Shown: positions 47,984-56,940 of the stretch, in pieces
How the letters are laid out: every line of letters starts with the position of its first letter
Numbering within the stretch: position 1 is the stretch's first letter
NCBI GenBank assembly: GCA_963755125.1
Contig: CAVWIP010000010.1
Span: 224,001-288,000, forward strand
DNA length: 64,000 nt
Source of the DNA: an uncultured delta proteobacterium
GTDB lineage: Bacteria > Myxococcota_A > Polyangia > Fen-1088
Reading direction: 5' to 3'
Program-made: the position numbers and the translations under genes
Notes under the pieces: model-generated
What the model was told of the DNA's origin: nothing
What the model saw: only the letters and a program-made list of their open reading frames with translations
The model's database searches: none

Positions 47984-49657
47984 CTACGCCGCCAACCGGC
48001 GCACCACGACCAAGGTCCGGTCGTCACGCGGCAGATCGGTGGCGCGCCGATCTGCGGCCTCGAAAATGGCCTGCTGGATCTGGTCGGCGCCGCCGCCCAC
48101 GCTGCGAACGATCTGCGCCAACTCGCGGTCTGCGGTCCCGGGCTCGGGCCAGGCGTCGCTGATGCCATCCGAGAAGACCACCAGCGTGTCGTTCGCTTGC
48201 ATCGACACCCGGGCCTCGTCGTAGTCAGAGTCGGCAAAAGAACCGAACGCCATTCCGCCTTCGCCCAGCGTCTCGCAGCGACCGTCGACACCCACCAGCA
48301 GCGGCCGGTTGTGGCCTGCATTCACGTAGGTGAGCTGACCACTGTCCGGGCACAACCGTGCGAGAAAGAAGGTGGCGTACCGGTCGGCGGGGATGTTGAG
48401 ATGGAAGTCGCCGTTGATCCGTGTCGCGGCCTCGGCCAGCGGCCCGCTCTGCCAGTTGGCGCGCACGGTGGAACGCAACTCGACCATGAGCATGGCCGCG
48501 CCCACGCCCTTGCCCGCGACATCCCCCAACGCCAGGTGCAGCAGACTGCCGTCGTAGGCGAGATCGTAGAAATCGCCGCCCACCGCCCGACTGGACTGGG
48601 TCCGGCCCGCCAGATCATAGCCGGGAACGCGCGCCGGGGTCTGCGGCAGAAGGCTCGCCTGGATCTCAGCGGCCACCCGGAGATCTTCCTGCAGCCGTCG
48701 CTGCTCCATGCCCGCCTCGAGCAGCCAGGCGGTCTCGATCTTGGCAGCCGCCGTGTTGGCCAGCACGGTCAGGATCTCAAGGTCGGCTCCGCGAAAGGGC
48801 ACGCGGTCGAGCCGGGCGCTGGCGTATAGCACTCCCAGCACGCGCACCGGCTCGCCCTGCCGGGTCGACACCCAGAGCGGAGCGCAGATCACGCGACGGA
48901 TGGGCTCGCCCGCCAGAGCAGGCTGCTGGCGCAGGTTCACGTCTTCGAGCGCGTCGCCAGCCATCACCGCTACCCGTCCCTCGATTACCTTGCGCACGAT
49001 AGCCCGGCTGATCCGCTGCTCCACAGGCCGGCCCAAACGATCGCGACCGGCTTTAAGCACCGGCTCCTGGCCGTCGCCGAGCAACATGATTGCGGCGAAA
49101 TCAGCCGGCACCGCTTCGAAAACCAGGTCGAGAATGCGATCGAAGAGCACCGGGAACGGGTGGTGCACCAACAGGCTGGCGGTCGCGTTCGCCAGCACGC
49201 GCATAGCGCGGCTCTGTGCAACGAAATCGGATACGCTCATGGTGCGATCTGGGGGCACTGCGATGCCCATGGCTGGAGTCGGCTTGCGCACGAAGGGACT
49301 TAGAGCGTCCTCGCGGCCGGGCTCGTCCGCGGGGGCGCGGCGGAAGCGAATCTCGCTATCTCCCGCCGTGACCACGTCCTGCTCGCGCAGGGGCGTCTCA
49401 CCGAGGATCGGCTTGCCGTTAACCGATACGAGCACGCTGTCGGTCTTGGCGACCACGAAGAACTCGTCTTGCCGCAAGATGATCTCGACGTGACGCAGGC
49501 AAAGACGGTTGTCCTTGAACAAGACGTCGCCCTCACCCTCTCCGCACATCACGATGATACGCCTCGCCGCAGCTGCCTGCCCCGCGGGCCATTTGATCGT
49601 GACGGTTGGTGTCTTTCTCATCCCCGCACCTGCCGAACCATCGCTATCCTCGCTCAT
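47984..49657 (-). CDS. FHA-like, GAF, SpoIIE (PP2C) phosphatase
   Basis: VGGDFYD, GDVAGKG, NAGH, SDG, DDRT; GAGGAG RBS. Confidence 0.9.
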   Translation of the reverse strand: MSEDSDGSAGAGMRKTPTVTIKWPAGQAAAARRIIVMCGEGEGDVLFKDNRLCLRHVEIILRQDEFFVVAKTDSVLVSVNGKPILGETPLREQDVVTAGDSEIRFRRAPADEPGREDALSPFVRKPTPAMGIAVPPDRTMSVSDFVAQSRAMRVLANATASLLVHHPFPVLFDRILDLVFEAVPADFAAIMLLGDGQEPVLKAGRDRLGRPVEQRISRAIVRKVIEGRVAVMAGDALEDVNLRQQPALAGEPIRRVICAPLWVSTRQGEPVRVLGVLYASARLDRVPFRGADLEILTVLANTAAAKIETAWLLEAGMEQRRLQEDLRVAAEIQASLLPQTPARVPGYDLAGRTQSSRAVGGDFYDLAYDGSLLHLALGDVAGKGVGAAMLMVELRSTVRANWQSGPLAEAATRINGDFHLNIPADRYATFFLARLCPDSGQLTYVNAGHNRPLLVGVDGRCETLGEGGMAFGSFADSDYDEARVSMQANDTLVVFSDGISDAWPEPGTADRELAQIVRSVGGGADQIQQAIFEAADRRATDLPRDDRTLVVVRRLAA

Positions 49658-49730
49658 GGAACTCTTCTCCTCGTGCACTCGCCAAAGATCGCGCCCCGGC
49701 TGGGTTTTCCTCATATCATAAGAAAACGAT

Positions 49731-50597
49731 GTGGCCCAACCGCGAACAACCTATCGCTATTGCAAGCCAGACGCCACAACGCGCCTCCGCAGCTTGCGCG
49801 ATCGAGCATGGGTTGTGCAGAAAAGGCAGCCGGATCCTGTGCCGCCGGCGGCCTCCGCAGGCCTGGCCCCGATTCTGCTTCCTTCTCCTTCTGTGGTGGT
49901 TGCGCTGCCGACTCCGATCTTCGAGGGAAGCCAGGAAAGGCTCTTTCCTGACGGCGTGGTTCTGGTAACCAGCCGCGATATCGAGGACGGTCTGGACCTA
50001 TTTCCCGAGGAATTACAAGCCATGGCACGCGCAACTTCTGCGCGTCGGTTCGAGTTCGCGTTAGGCCGGCGCTGCGCACGCGAAGCGTTGGCCATCCTGG
50101 GCGGGCCGCTCGTTGCTATACCGGTGGGCCGTTTCCGTGATCCCGTGTGGCCTTTCGGTTACGTGGGCTCTATCACGCATTGCCGAGGCTTCTGCGCTGC
50201 CGCCGCCGCCCGGACCCAGCGTGGGAGCAACTCGCGTTCGATCCGAGGCCTCGGTCTGGACAGCGCGCCGGCCACCTCGCTACCCGAGGAACTGGCAGGG
50301 GTGGTCTGCTCGGCGGACGAGTGCGCGTGGATGGCCAGGGAGCGGGGCGATGGCGTGCCCTGGGACCGGCTCTTTTTCTGCGCCAAGGAAAGCGCCTACA
50401 AGTGCCTCTTCCCGGCAACCCACCGGTTCCTCGATCTCCGCGACATGGGAGTGCGATTCGACCCGGAACGTGGCTCGTTCGACGTGACGCTGCCCAGCCT
50501 GTTTGGCTCGCCGTCGCGCCTGACCGGCCAATACTCAGTGCGAGGCGATATCCTTCTGGCTGCGACGACCTGGATAGAGGGATCTGCGTGTCCCTGA
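49731..50597 (+). CDS. 4'-phosphopantetheinyl transferase, EntD/Npt type
   Basis: RRFEFALGRRCAREAL, PVWP..VGSITHC, FCAKESAYK; real start probably further downstream. Confidence 0.85.
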   Translation: MAQPRTTYRYCKPDATTRLRSLRDRAWVVQKRQPDPVPPAASAGLAPILLPSPSVVVALPTPIFEGSQERLFPDGVVLVTSRDIEDGLDLFPEELQAMARATSARRFEFALGRRCAREALAILGGPLVAIPVGRFRDPVWPFGYVGSITHCRGFCAAAAARTQRGSNSRSIRGLGLDSAPATSLPEELAGVVCSADECAWMARERGDGVPWDRLFFCAKESAYKCLFPATHRFLDLRDMGVRFDPERGSFDVTLPSLFGSPSRLTGQYSVRGDILLAATTWIEGSACP

Positions 50598-50767
50598 CCA
50601 GATCCGCTCCGGGTTGTGCGCGCCGCGATGAGCGTCTACGGCCTGGGCACGATGACACTCACGGATTGCGCCGGCGTGGTGTAGAGGAACTGTTTGGCCG
50701 CGCTGGCGCCCAGCCCGGGCGCCGCAGTCAGCGCCGGTCCCGTGCGCTCTGTGGTGGAAAGATCTGG

Positions 50768-51535
50768 CTAGAAACCGACGCCGAGGGAGATGCGCAGATA
50801 GGGGAAGCGCCGTGCCACTTCCCCGACGGACACGGCCTCGACCGGGATTGGATCCTTGCCCGACCCATCGGAATACAACTTGAGAGAGAAGTCAGTGGCG
50901 TTGCCCAAGGTGTAGCCGCCCTCTACGCGACCGACGAAGGCCAGTGCGGGCAATCTCCCTGAATGGGAAAGCCGCACGGCCGGTGAGCGGACAAGCAAGC
51001 CAGCGCCTGCCGAGCCCTGGTAGAGAAACTCTCGGTCGCGCAGATCGAAGCCAGGTGAACCCATGGTCAGCGCCGCCCATCCCATCCCTCCGGCAACCCG
51101 CGCATAGGGGGAGAGCCAGCGAAACACGTCGTAGCGCAGAGACACGCCGAGGCCGAAAACTTGTGTGCTAGTCTTCTGGGGCAGATCCAGGCCGTTCGTC
51201 GTCGAGACCGTGGTTGCAAGCCAGGAGAGGTCCAGGCCTACGGTGGTCTTGCGAGCTACCCGGGGCGCGTCGTAGGACAAGGATAGTCCCGCCCCGGTTG
51301 GGCTCCGCCTGCCCCAAAGTAGCCGGGCATCGTCTTGCACCATCCAGCCGGTCTGGATCTCGGCGGCGAGTGCGAAGCGAAGTGGCTCCCACGACGTCGG
51401 GCTGGCCTCCGGTACGCTCGCTTCGAGGATGGCCGCCTCGGCGGCCGGCGCAGGGGCGCCATGGGCGACTACGGGGAGTGCAGGCAGGAGTGCGGCAGTC
51501 GAAAGAATCAGGAACCCGTGGCGGATCGTCGTCAT
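50768..51535 (-). CDS. Outer-membrane beta-barrel protein
   Basis: Signal peptide, amphipathic beta strands, PYAR..GG, terminal ISLGVGF; ATGA overlap. Confidence 0.8.
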   Translation of the reverse strand: MTTIRHGFLILSTAALLPALPVVAHGAPAPAAEAAILEASVPEASPTSWEPLRFALAAEIQTGWMVQDDARLLWGRRSPTGAGLSLSYDAPRVARKTTVGLDLSWLATTVSTTNGLDLPQKTSTQVFGLGVSLRYDVFRWLSPYARVAGGMGWAALTMGSPGFDLRDREFLYQGSAGAGLLVRSPAVRLSHSGRLPALAFVGRVEGGYTLGNATDFSLKLYSDGSGKDPIPVEAVSVGEVARRFPYLRISLGVGF

Positions 51536-53145
51536 GGCTGACCTCGTTCAAAGTAATCACTGATAAGGAACCCGTAGGCCGAGCGCGCCCCTTTGCGATC
51601 GGGCTGGTCCGCATTGAGCACCGTCAAGTACCCGAGTTTCATCGGGTCGTTCATCTCGAGGACGACATAGCGTATTCCGTCGGCGCTCTTCGTGGCCAGC
51701 GGCGAAATACTCGCAATGGATTGGTCAAGAAGAACCTCCGCCGAGAATAGAGGCCCCTGGCCGTGGTCGACGATGTCAAGGTACTCGAGCCGGTTCGCGC
51801 CGTCCGTTCCCCACAGCCGGCTTTGCGCCGTGGCTTCAACCGTCACGTCCTGAAGGGAGCCGCTCGACCCGATCGGCTCGATGGTGCGGTCGGCGAGGTT
51901 CACGATGGAGAGGGTCGCGCCGCCAGAGGCGTATTGATAAGTGAGGAGGGCGAGGTTTCCCGGAAGCGGCGTCACGTTGACAACTGGAGCCGGTATCGAC
52001 CAGCTTTCCAGGGCCAGGCCTTGCGTCGTCTCGATGTCCTGCAGGTCGGCGAAGACCAGGGCCGTCGCGCCGGTACCGACCCCGACGAGCATCGCCCGAT
52101 CCTGGACCTGTGACGACTTGGGGCTGGTCCCCTGGAAGAGAAGAATCTGGTTGACTTGCGTCGCCGTGGGAATGGAAGTGGCATTGCCAGTCGTGGGATC
52201 GAGGATCACCAGCTGCTGAGTTGCGGGCGTCGTGACCGCGAGTCGCATGGTATCGCCGGTGCCGTACATTTCCATGTCCGAGGGCGCGCTGCCCGACCCG
52301 ATGAGCGAGAGCGAGACACGGAAATCGTTGCTGGTCGCATCCGCCGGCGTGGCCTGGGCGAGACTGATCTGGAAGATGTCGTTCGAACCGTCGGCCCGGA
52401 CGTAGATGGCCGTCCCGACCATGTCGAAGAGAACTTGAACTGGAGTGACAGTTTCCGTGCCATCCGCGACGAGAGGAACCGTGATCTCGGTGCGATTGGC
52501 ATTATCAAGATCGAGAAGCGTCACGTAGTTCGGCGCCAACACCGCCGCCAGGGTTCGCAACTGGCCGAAGAGCGTCGCGCGCGGCGAGAAGACCACGCCA
52601 CTCGGTACGCTGCCCAGGCTGCGGATGGGCCGGCTGGCCAGCGGCTTGCTTCCGTCGAGCGTCGCCACCGCCAGATCGTTGGGGTTGAAGAGCATGGAGC
52701 CGCTGGCGCCCGACGACGCCGACCCGTAGTACAGGATGGCGAAGACCCCGTCTTCGGATTGGGCGATCTGATCGAAGCGGCCGGGCAGGTCGGTAGTGAC
52801 CGGGGCTGCGTTCGACGCAGGATCGATGAGAACCAGTCTGGCTGGCTCGGCTGCGGTGCTGGAACTGCCCTGGTCGCCATTGGTCAGCACCAGAAGCTGG
52901 TTTGTGCCATTGCACTTCGCGGCCACGATGGGCGACTTGCCAGTGGCCGCCATGCGCGGCCCTAGGGCCAGGTTTGCCGGGTCGAGTAGGAAAGTCGACC
53001 CCGAGGTACTGTTCACGTAGGCCACGCTATTGTCGAGAGCGACCATGGGCAGCACAGCGCGCGAAGATGAGTCGCCAGTCGCCGCATCGTCATGGCAGCC
53101 TAGAGGCGAAGCCAGCAGGAGAGGTAAAAGGTACGCGCGTTTCAT
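51532..53145 (-). CDS. Beta-propeller-like lipoprotein
   Basis: Lipobox PLGC; repeated beta-rich blades; ATGA overlaps on both sides. Confidence 0.8.
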   Translation of the reverse strand: MKRAYLLPLLLASPLGCHDDAATGDSSSRAVLPMVALDNSVAYVNSTSGSTFLLDPANLALGPRMAATGKSPIVAAKCNGTNQLLVLTNGDQGSSSTAAEPARLVLIDPASNAAPVTTDLPGRFDQIAQSEDGVFAILYYGSASSGASGSMLFNPNDLAVATLDGSKPLASRPIRSLGSVPSGVVFSPRATLFGQLRTLAAVLAPNYVTLLDLDNANRTEITVPLVADGTETVTPVQVLFDMVGTAIYVRADGSNDIFQISLAQATPADATSNDFRVSLSLIGSGSAPSDMEMYGTGDTMRLAVTTPATQQLVILDPTTGNATSIPTATQVNQILLFQGTSPKSSQVQDRAMLVGVGTGATALVFADLQDIETTQGLALESWSIPAPVVNVTPLPGNLALLTYQYASGGATLSIVNLADRTIEPIGSSGSLQDVTVEATAQSRLWGTDGANRLEYLDIVDHGQGPLFSAEVLLDQSIASISPLATKSADGIRYVVLEMNDPMKLGYLTVLNADQPDRKGARSAYGFLISDYFERGQP

Positions 53146-55001
53146 TGCCGGATCCTTCCGTTGAGCGCGAAGCCGGTCACGGACTCCACTGTCCCATCGT
53201 CCCAATCCCAGTTGATGAAGCTGATTCGGCCTTCGCTGTACACTTGGTTGACGAATACCTTGTGGTTCGCCCCGGCCAAGGCCCCGATGGCATTGGGCGG
53301 GCTGCCCAGTTGAAAGTCCTTGACCAGAAAACTGGTGAGGGACATCTGCTCGGCCATGCGCACATTGTTCGCGTCGTCGCGCAAGAGCACGAACGCGCTC
53401 GAGGAATCGGGGGTGATGGCGAACGGGTCGGGATTGGCGCTGGTGAGCTCCAATTTGGCGAACCCGTCTTCCAATCTGACCGCGCTGTAGCCGTACGAAC
53501 GGTCGATCTGGTCCTCCAAACTAAGACCAGGATCCGTCGGATCACCCGCGACCTTGGTGTGCAGCACCAGCACGGTCGTCTCGTCGGGGGAGATGGCCAG
53601 GGCGCGAATCGCCTTCTGCAGATCCACACCTGATGGCGTCAAGGTCCCGCTCGGCGACAGCGGCAACACGACTAGGCGCTTGATGGGCACAGCCGTGGTG
53701 AAGAGAACGGCGTATTTGCCGTGGGCACTGATGTTGACCAGGCCCACCGTCTCACCGGTGAGCTGCCAAGTGAAAAACGGGGATGCTCCCGTGAAGCCAT
53801 CGGGAATGGCGATGCGCACCAGCTTGCTCTCGCTGCGCAGCACCGCGAAGGCGTTAATATCCCCGCCGGCCGTGTCGGTCGTATCGGAAATGTCCAGGTC
53901 CGTGACCGGGCTGGACAGGTACAGCGATTGGACGGCATTGGCCACCAGATCTACCAAGAAGACCTCGTTGGTACCGTCGCGCCGAGCGATGGCCCAGTGG
54001 CCGTCGCGGGTGACCGACACGTCCGTGGGAAGCCCCGTCCCGGCGATGGCTGTCCCGCTATCGGCTGGGGCTGGTTGCGCGCCGGAGATCAGCGGAGCCG
54101 CGTCGCTTGCCACGGCTCCAACCTCGCCCTCGCTCCCGCTGTCTCCGCTGGCTGCGTCGGGCTCAGGAGGTACTCCCGCATCCGGGCTGGCGGCGCTGGC
54201 GTCGGCGCCCACGGTGGAAATGGCTGAACTTTGGATGCGCACGAGCGGTGCGATCGTGGGTCCCTGCAGGTTCGCGAAGCGCAGTTCAGAGATGCCGTCG
54301 TTCGTGACCACGAAGGCGGCCAGCCCGTCGTCGGAAAAGACCACGGCGCTGGGCTCGAACCCGACGGTGACAGTGAAGGCGCTGTCGCCGGAGGACGACA
54401 GGGTGACGAGCGAGACGTCCTGAAAACTGCCTGAAAGGGTGCTGGCGTTGGCCTGGGTCACGTCGAACCAGACCACGGCGTGGGCGCCGCCCGGCGCGAT
54501 GGCGATGGTGTTGGCTCCCTTGATGATAGGGAGAGGAGAGGAAACCGTCGTCCCCGTGTCGGTGGTGCGCAACACCGAGAGGGTGTTCGACCCCGAGTTG
54601 ATGACCAGGGCCTCATCCTGTCCGGGGACCGTGGCCACGTAGGTGGGCGTGTCACCAGGCGTGACTTCCGTGATGGCGAGTGACACGGAGTCGATGACCG
54701 CCACCGAGTCGCGCGTGGGGTTGGCCACGTACACGTACTGCTTCCCAGGCTGCGGGGTCAGAAAGTCGAGCGCCTGCTCCTGCTCGGGCGGCAGGGTGCT
54801 GCCGCCCGCCGCCGCCGGCTCGACAGCCGCAGCCCCCCCTGCTCCCGAGGATGTGGCGCCGAACCCTTGACTGCCACCGCCGGCTGGGTATCCGTTATCG
54901 CCTGAACCTGGAGCGTTCTTCGAGCTGTCCACTGATGCGGACGAGCAGCCGCAAAGGGCACCTATGAGCACTCCGCCTATGAGGCCATATGATTTGGTCA
55001 T
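53142..55001 (-). CDS. YncE/YVTN-like beta-propeller lipoprotein
   Basis: Lipobox LCGC; YVYVANPTRDSVAVID, ALAISPD, FAITPD blades; GAGG RBS. Confidence 0.82.
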   Translation of the reverse strand: MTKSYGLIGGVLIGALCGCSSASVDSSKNAPGSGDNGYPAGGGSQGFGATSSGAGGAAAVEPAAAGGSTLPPEQEQALDFLTPQPGKQYVYVANPTRDSVAVIDSVSLAITEVTPGDTPTYVATVPGQDEALVINSGSNTLSVLRTTDTGTTVSSPLPIIKGANTIAIAPGGAHAVVWFDVTQANASTLSGSFQDVSLVTLSSSGDSAFTVTVGFEPSAVVFSDDGLAAFVVTNDGISELRFANLQGPTIAPLVRIQSSAISTVGADASAASPDAGVPPEPDAASGDSGSEGEVGAVASDAAPLISGAQPAPADSGTAIAGTGLPTDVSVTRDGHWAIARRDGTNEVFLVDLVANAVQSLYLSSPVTDLDISDTTDTAGGDINAFAVLRSESKLVRIAIPDGFTGASPFFTWQLTGETVGLVNISAHGKYAVLFTTAVPIKRLVVLPLSPSGTLTPSGVDLQKAIRALAISPDETTVLVLHTKVAGDPTDPGLSLEDQIDRSYGYSAVRLEDGFAKLELTSANPDPFAITPDSSSAFVLLRDDANNVRMAEQMSLTSFLVKDFQLGSPPNAIGALAGANHKVFVNQVYSEGRISFINWDWDDGTVESVTGFALNGRIRQ

Positions 55002-55198
55002 TGCAGGCACCTCTCAGCAGCAACTCCTGTGCCGCACCACGATCGCAGGATAATCGCGGACATTCCGTCAAGCGGCGCGACGGTACCACGACACGCTTGT
55101 CAGGGATCCCTCGGATTAGTCGTGGAATTCGATGGGTGACACGAGGCTGTTCGCGCGACCGCGCGCCTCCGGCGCCCGGTTCGCCCGCCGACGACGTG

Positions 55199-55227
55199 TT
55201 CCTTTCCGACGGTTCCTGGGATATAAT
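55199..55227 (+). promoter_or_regulatory. Possible sigma70 promoter of the OmpA-adhesin operon
   Basis: TTCCTT-N17-TATAAT. Confidence 0.45.
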
Positions 55228-55296
55228 CTTCGCCACGCTGCAGCTTGCGGTCGCAGTGCGTGTCACATGCGAACCTAACGCCCGCGCTGAGGAACC

Positions 55297-56940
55297 ATGA
55301 ACAAACTCACATCACGATTGTTCTCAGGTCTGATTCTGGCCGTGGTGCTCGGATGGGCGCCCTCGGCCCTGGCCCAACTGTCGCTCGACCGGTTTGCGCC
55401 GTCGCTGCCCGGGGATCGGTTCTTCGGTGTCGAAGGCGCTGACCCGGGCGGACACCTTCTGCCCCGGTTGATGCTCCTGGGCGACTACGCCTATCGCCCC
55501 CTGTCTCTGTACGACGCGAACAACAACCGACTCGGCGGCTTGGTCAACCACCAGCTCGTCGTTCACGTCGCTGCCGGCCTGAGCCTGTGGGACCGGCTGG
55601 TGGTGGCGGCTGACATGCCCTTGAACTTGGTCACCAACGGCGGGACGGTGGACGGGATTCCCGGGCCGTCGGGTGCGGCCGCAGGCGATCTGCGCTTGAG
55701 CGCGCGCGTGCGATTGCTGGGCGAAGCACGTTCGCCCGCCACCCTCAGTTTGGGCGGGCATCTGTTCGTGCCCACGGGAAACAAGGACAAGGGTGCTGGC
55801 GAAGGCAAGGTGCACGGCATGCCGGTGTTGGTGTTTTCGGGTGAAACCTCGTCCCTAGCCTACGCCGCGACCGCGGGCGCGGACCTGCGCAGCAAGACCG
55901 CAGCCGACCCCACCACCACCATGGGCACGCAACTTTACTTTGGCGGCGCTTTCGGGGTTCTGCTGGCTGACCGAATGCTGCAACTCGGGCCCGAGATTTA
56001 TGGAGCGACGTCCATGGCGGGCAAGGACAAGTTCACCAAAGCCACCACTAACCTGGAAGGAATTCTCGGCCTGAAGGCGAGGCTGGCAGATTTTGTGCTG
56101 GGGGCCGGCGCGGGCCCGGGATTCACCAAGGGGGTCGGGACACCCGCCCTGCGTGCCCTGCTCTCGGTGGCCTATGCGCCTGAGCCGGCACCGCCGCCTC
56201 CGCCGCCTCCGCCGCCTCCGCCACCCAAGCCCAAGAAGCCCGCCGATCGCGATCACGACGGCATCCCAGACAAGGTTGACGCCTGCCCCGACGAGCCGGG
56301 CGTAGCCAGCGACGATCCCGAGAAGAACGGCTGCCCGCCGCCTCCGCCTGACCGCGATGGCGACGGCATCCCTGACAAGGACGATGCATGTCCCGACGTC
56401 AAGGGCGTGGCCAATACCGATCCGCACGAAAACGGCTGCCCGCCCGACACCGACGGCGACGGCATCCGCGACGACGTGGACGCCTGCCCCAACGAGAAGG
56501 GCCCGCCTGACACCGATCCGCAGAAGAACGGCTGCCCCAAGGCCGTGCGGGTCACCGAAGGCGAGATCGTGATCCTGGAACAGGTGCAGTTCAAGACCGG
56601 CAGTGCCGTGATCTTGCCGGTCAGCGACGATCTGCTGCGCCAGGTGGCAGGGGTGCTGGCCGAGCATCCCGAGATCGCCAAGCTCGAAATCCAGGGCCAC
56701 ACCGACAGTCGCGGTGGCAAGGGCTACAACCGCAAGCTCAGCCAGAAGCGTGCCGACGCCGTGCGGAAGTGGCTGGTGAACTACGGCCAGGTCGACAGCG
56801 GCCGTCTCAGCTCACACGGCTATGGCATGGACGAGCCCATTGCGGACAACGCCACGCCCGAGGGCCGGCAGAAGAACCGGCGAGTGCAGTTCAAGATCAT
56901 TGAGAAAACGAGCCGAGACAAAAGCGAGGTGACGCCATGA
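55297..56940 (+). CDS. OmpA-family protein: beta-barrel, Pro linker, thrombospondin type 3 repeats, OmpA C-terminal domain (TraB-like architecture)
   Basis: DxDxDGIPDxxDACP repeats; GHTD..G..YN..LS..RA; NRRV. Confidence 0.92.
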   Translation: MNKLTSRLFSGLILAVVLGWAPSALAQLSLDRFAPSLPGDRFFGVEGADPGGHLLPRLMLLGDYAYRPLSLYDANNNRLGGLVNHQLVVHVAAGLSLWDRLVVAADMPLNLVTNGGTVDGIPGPSGAAAGDLRLSARVRLLGEARSPATLSLGGHLFVPTGNKDKGAGEGKVHGMPVLVFSGETSSLAYAATAGADLRSKTAADPTTTMGTQLYFGGAFGVLLADRMLQLGPEIYGATSMAGKDKFTKATTNLEGILGLKARLADFVLGAGAGPGFTKGVGTPALRALLSVAYAPEPAPPPPPPPPPPPPKPKKPADRDHDGIPDKVDACPDEPGVASDDPEKNGCPPPPPDRDGDGIPDKDDACPDVKGVANTDPHENGCPPDTDGDGIRDDVDACPNEKGPPDTDPQKNGCPKAVRVTEGEIVILEQVQFKTGSAVILPVSDDLLRQVAGVLAEHPEIAKLEIQGHTDSRGGKGYNRKLSQKRADAVRKWLVNYGQVDSGRLSSHGYGMDEPIADNATPEGRQKNRRVQFKIIEKTSRDKSEVTP

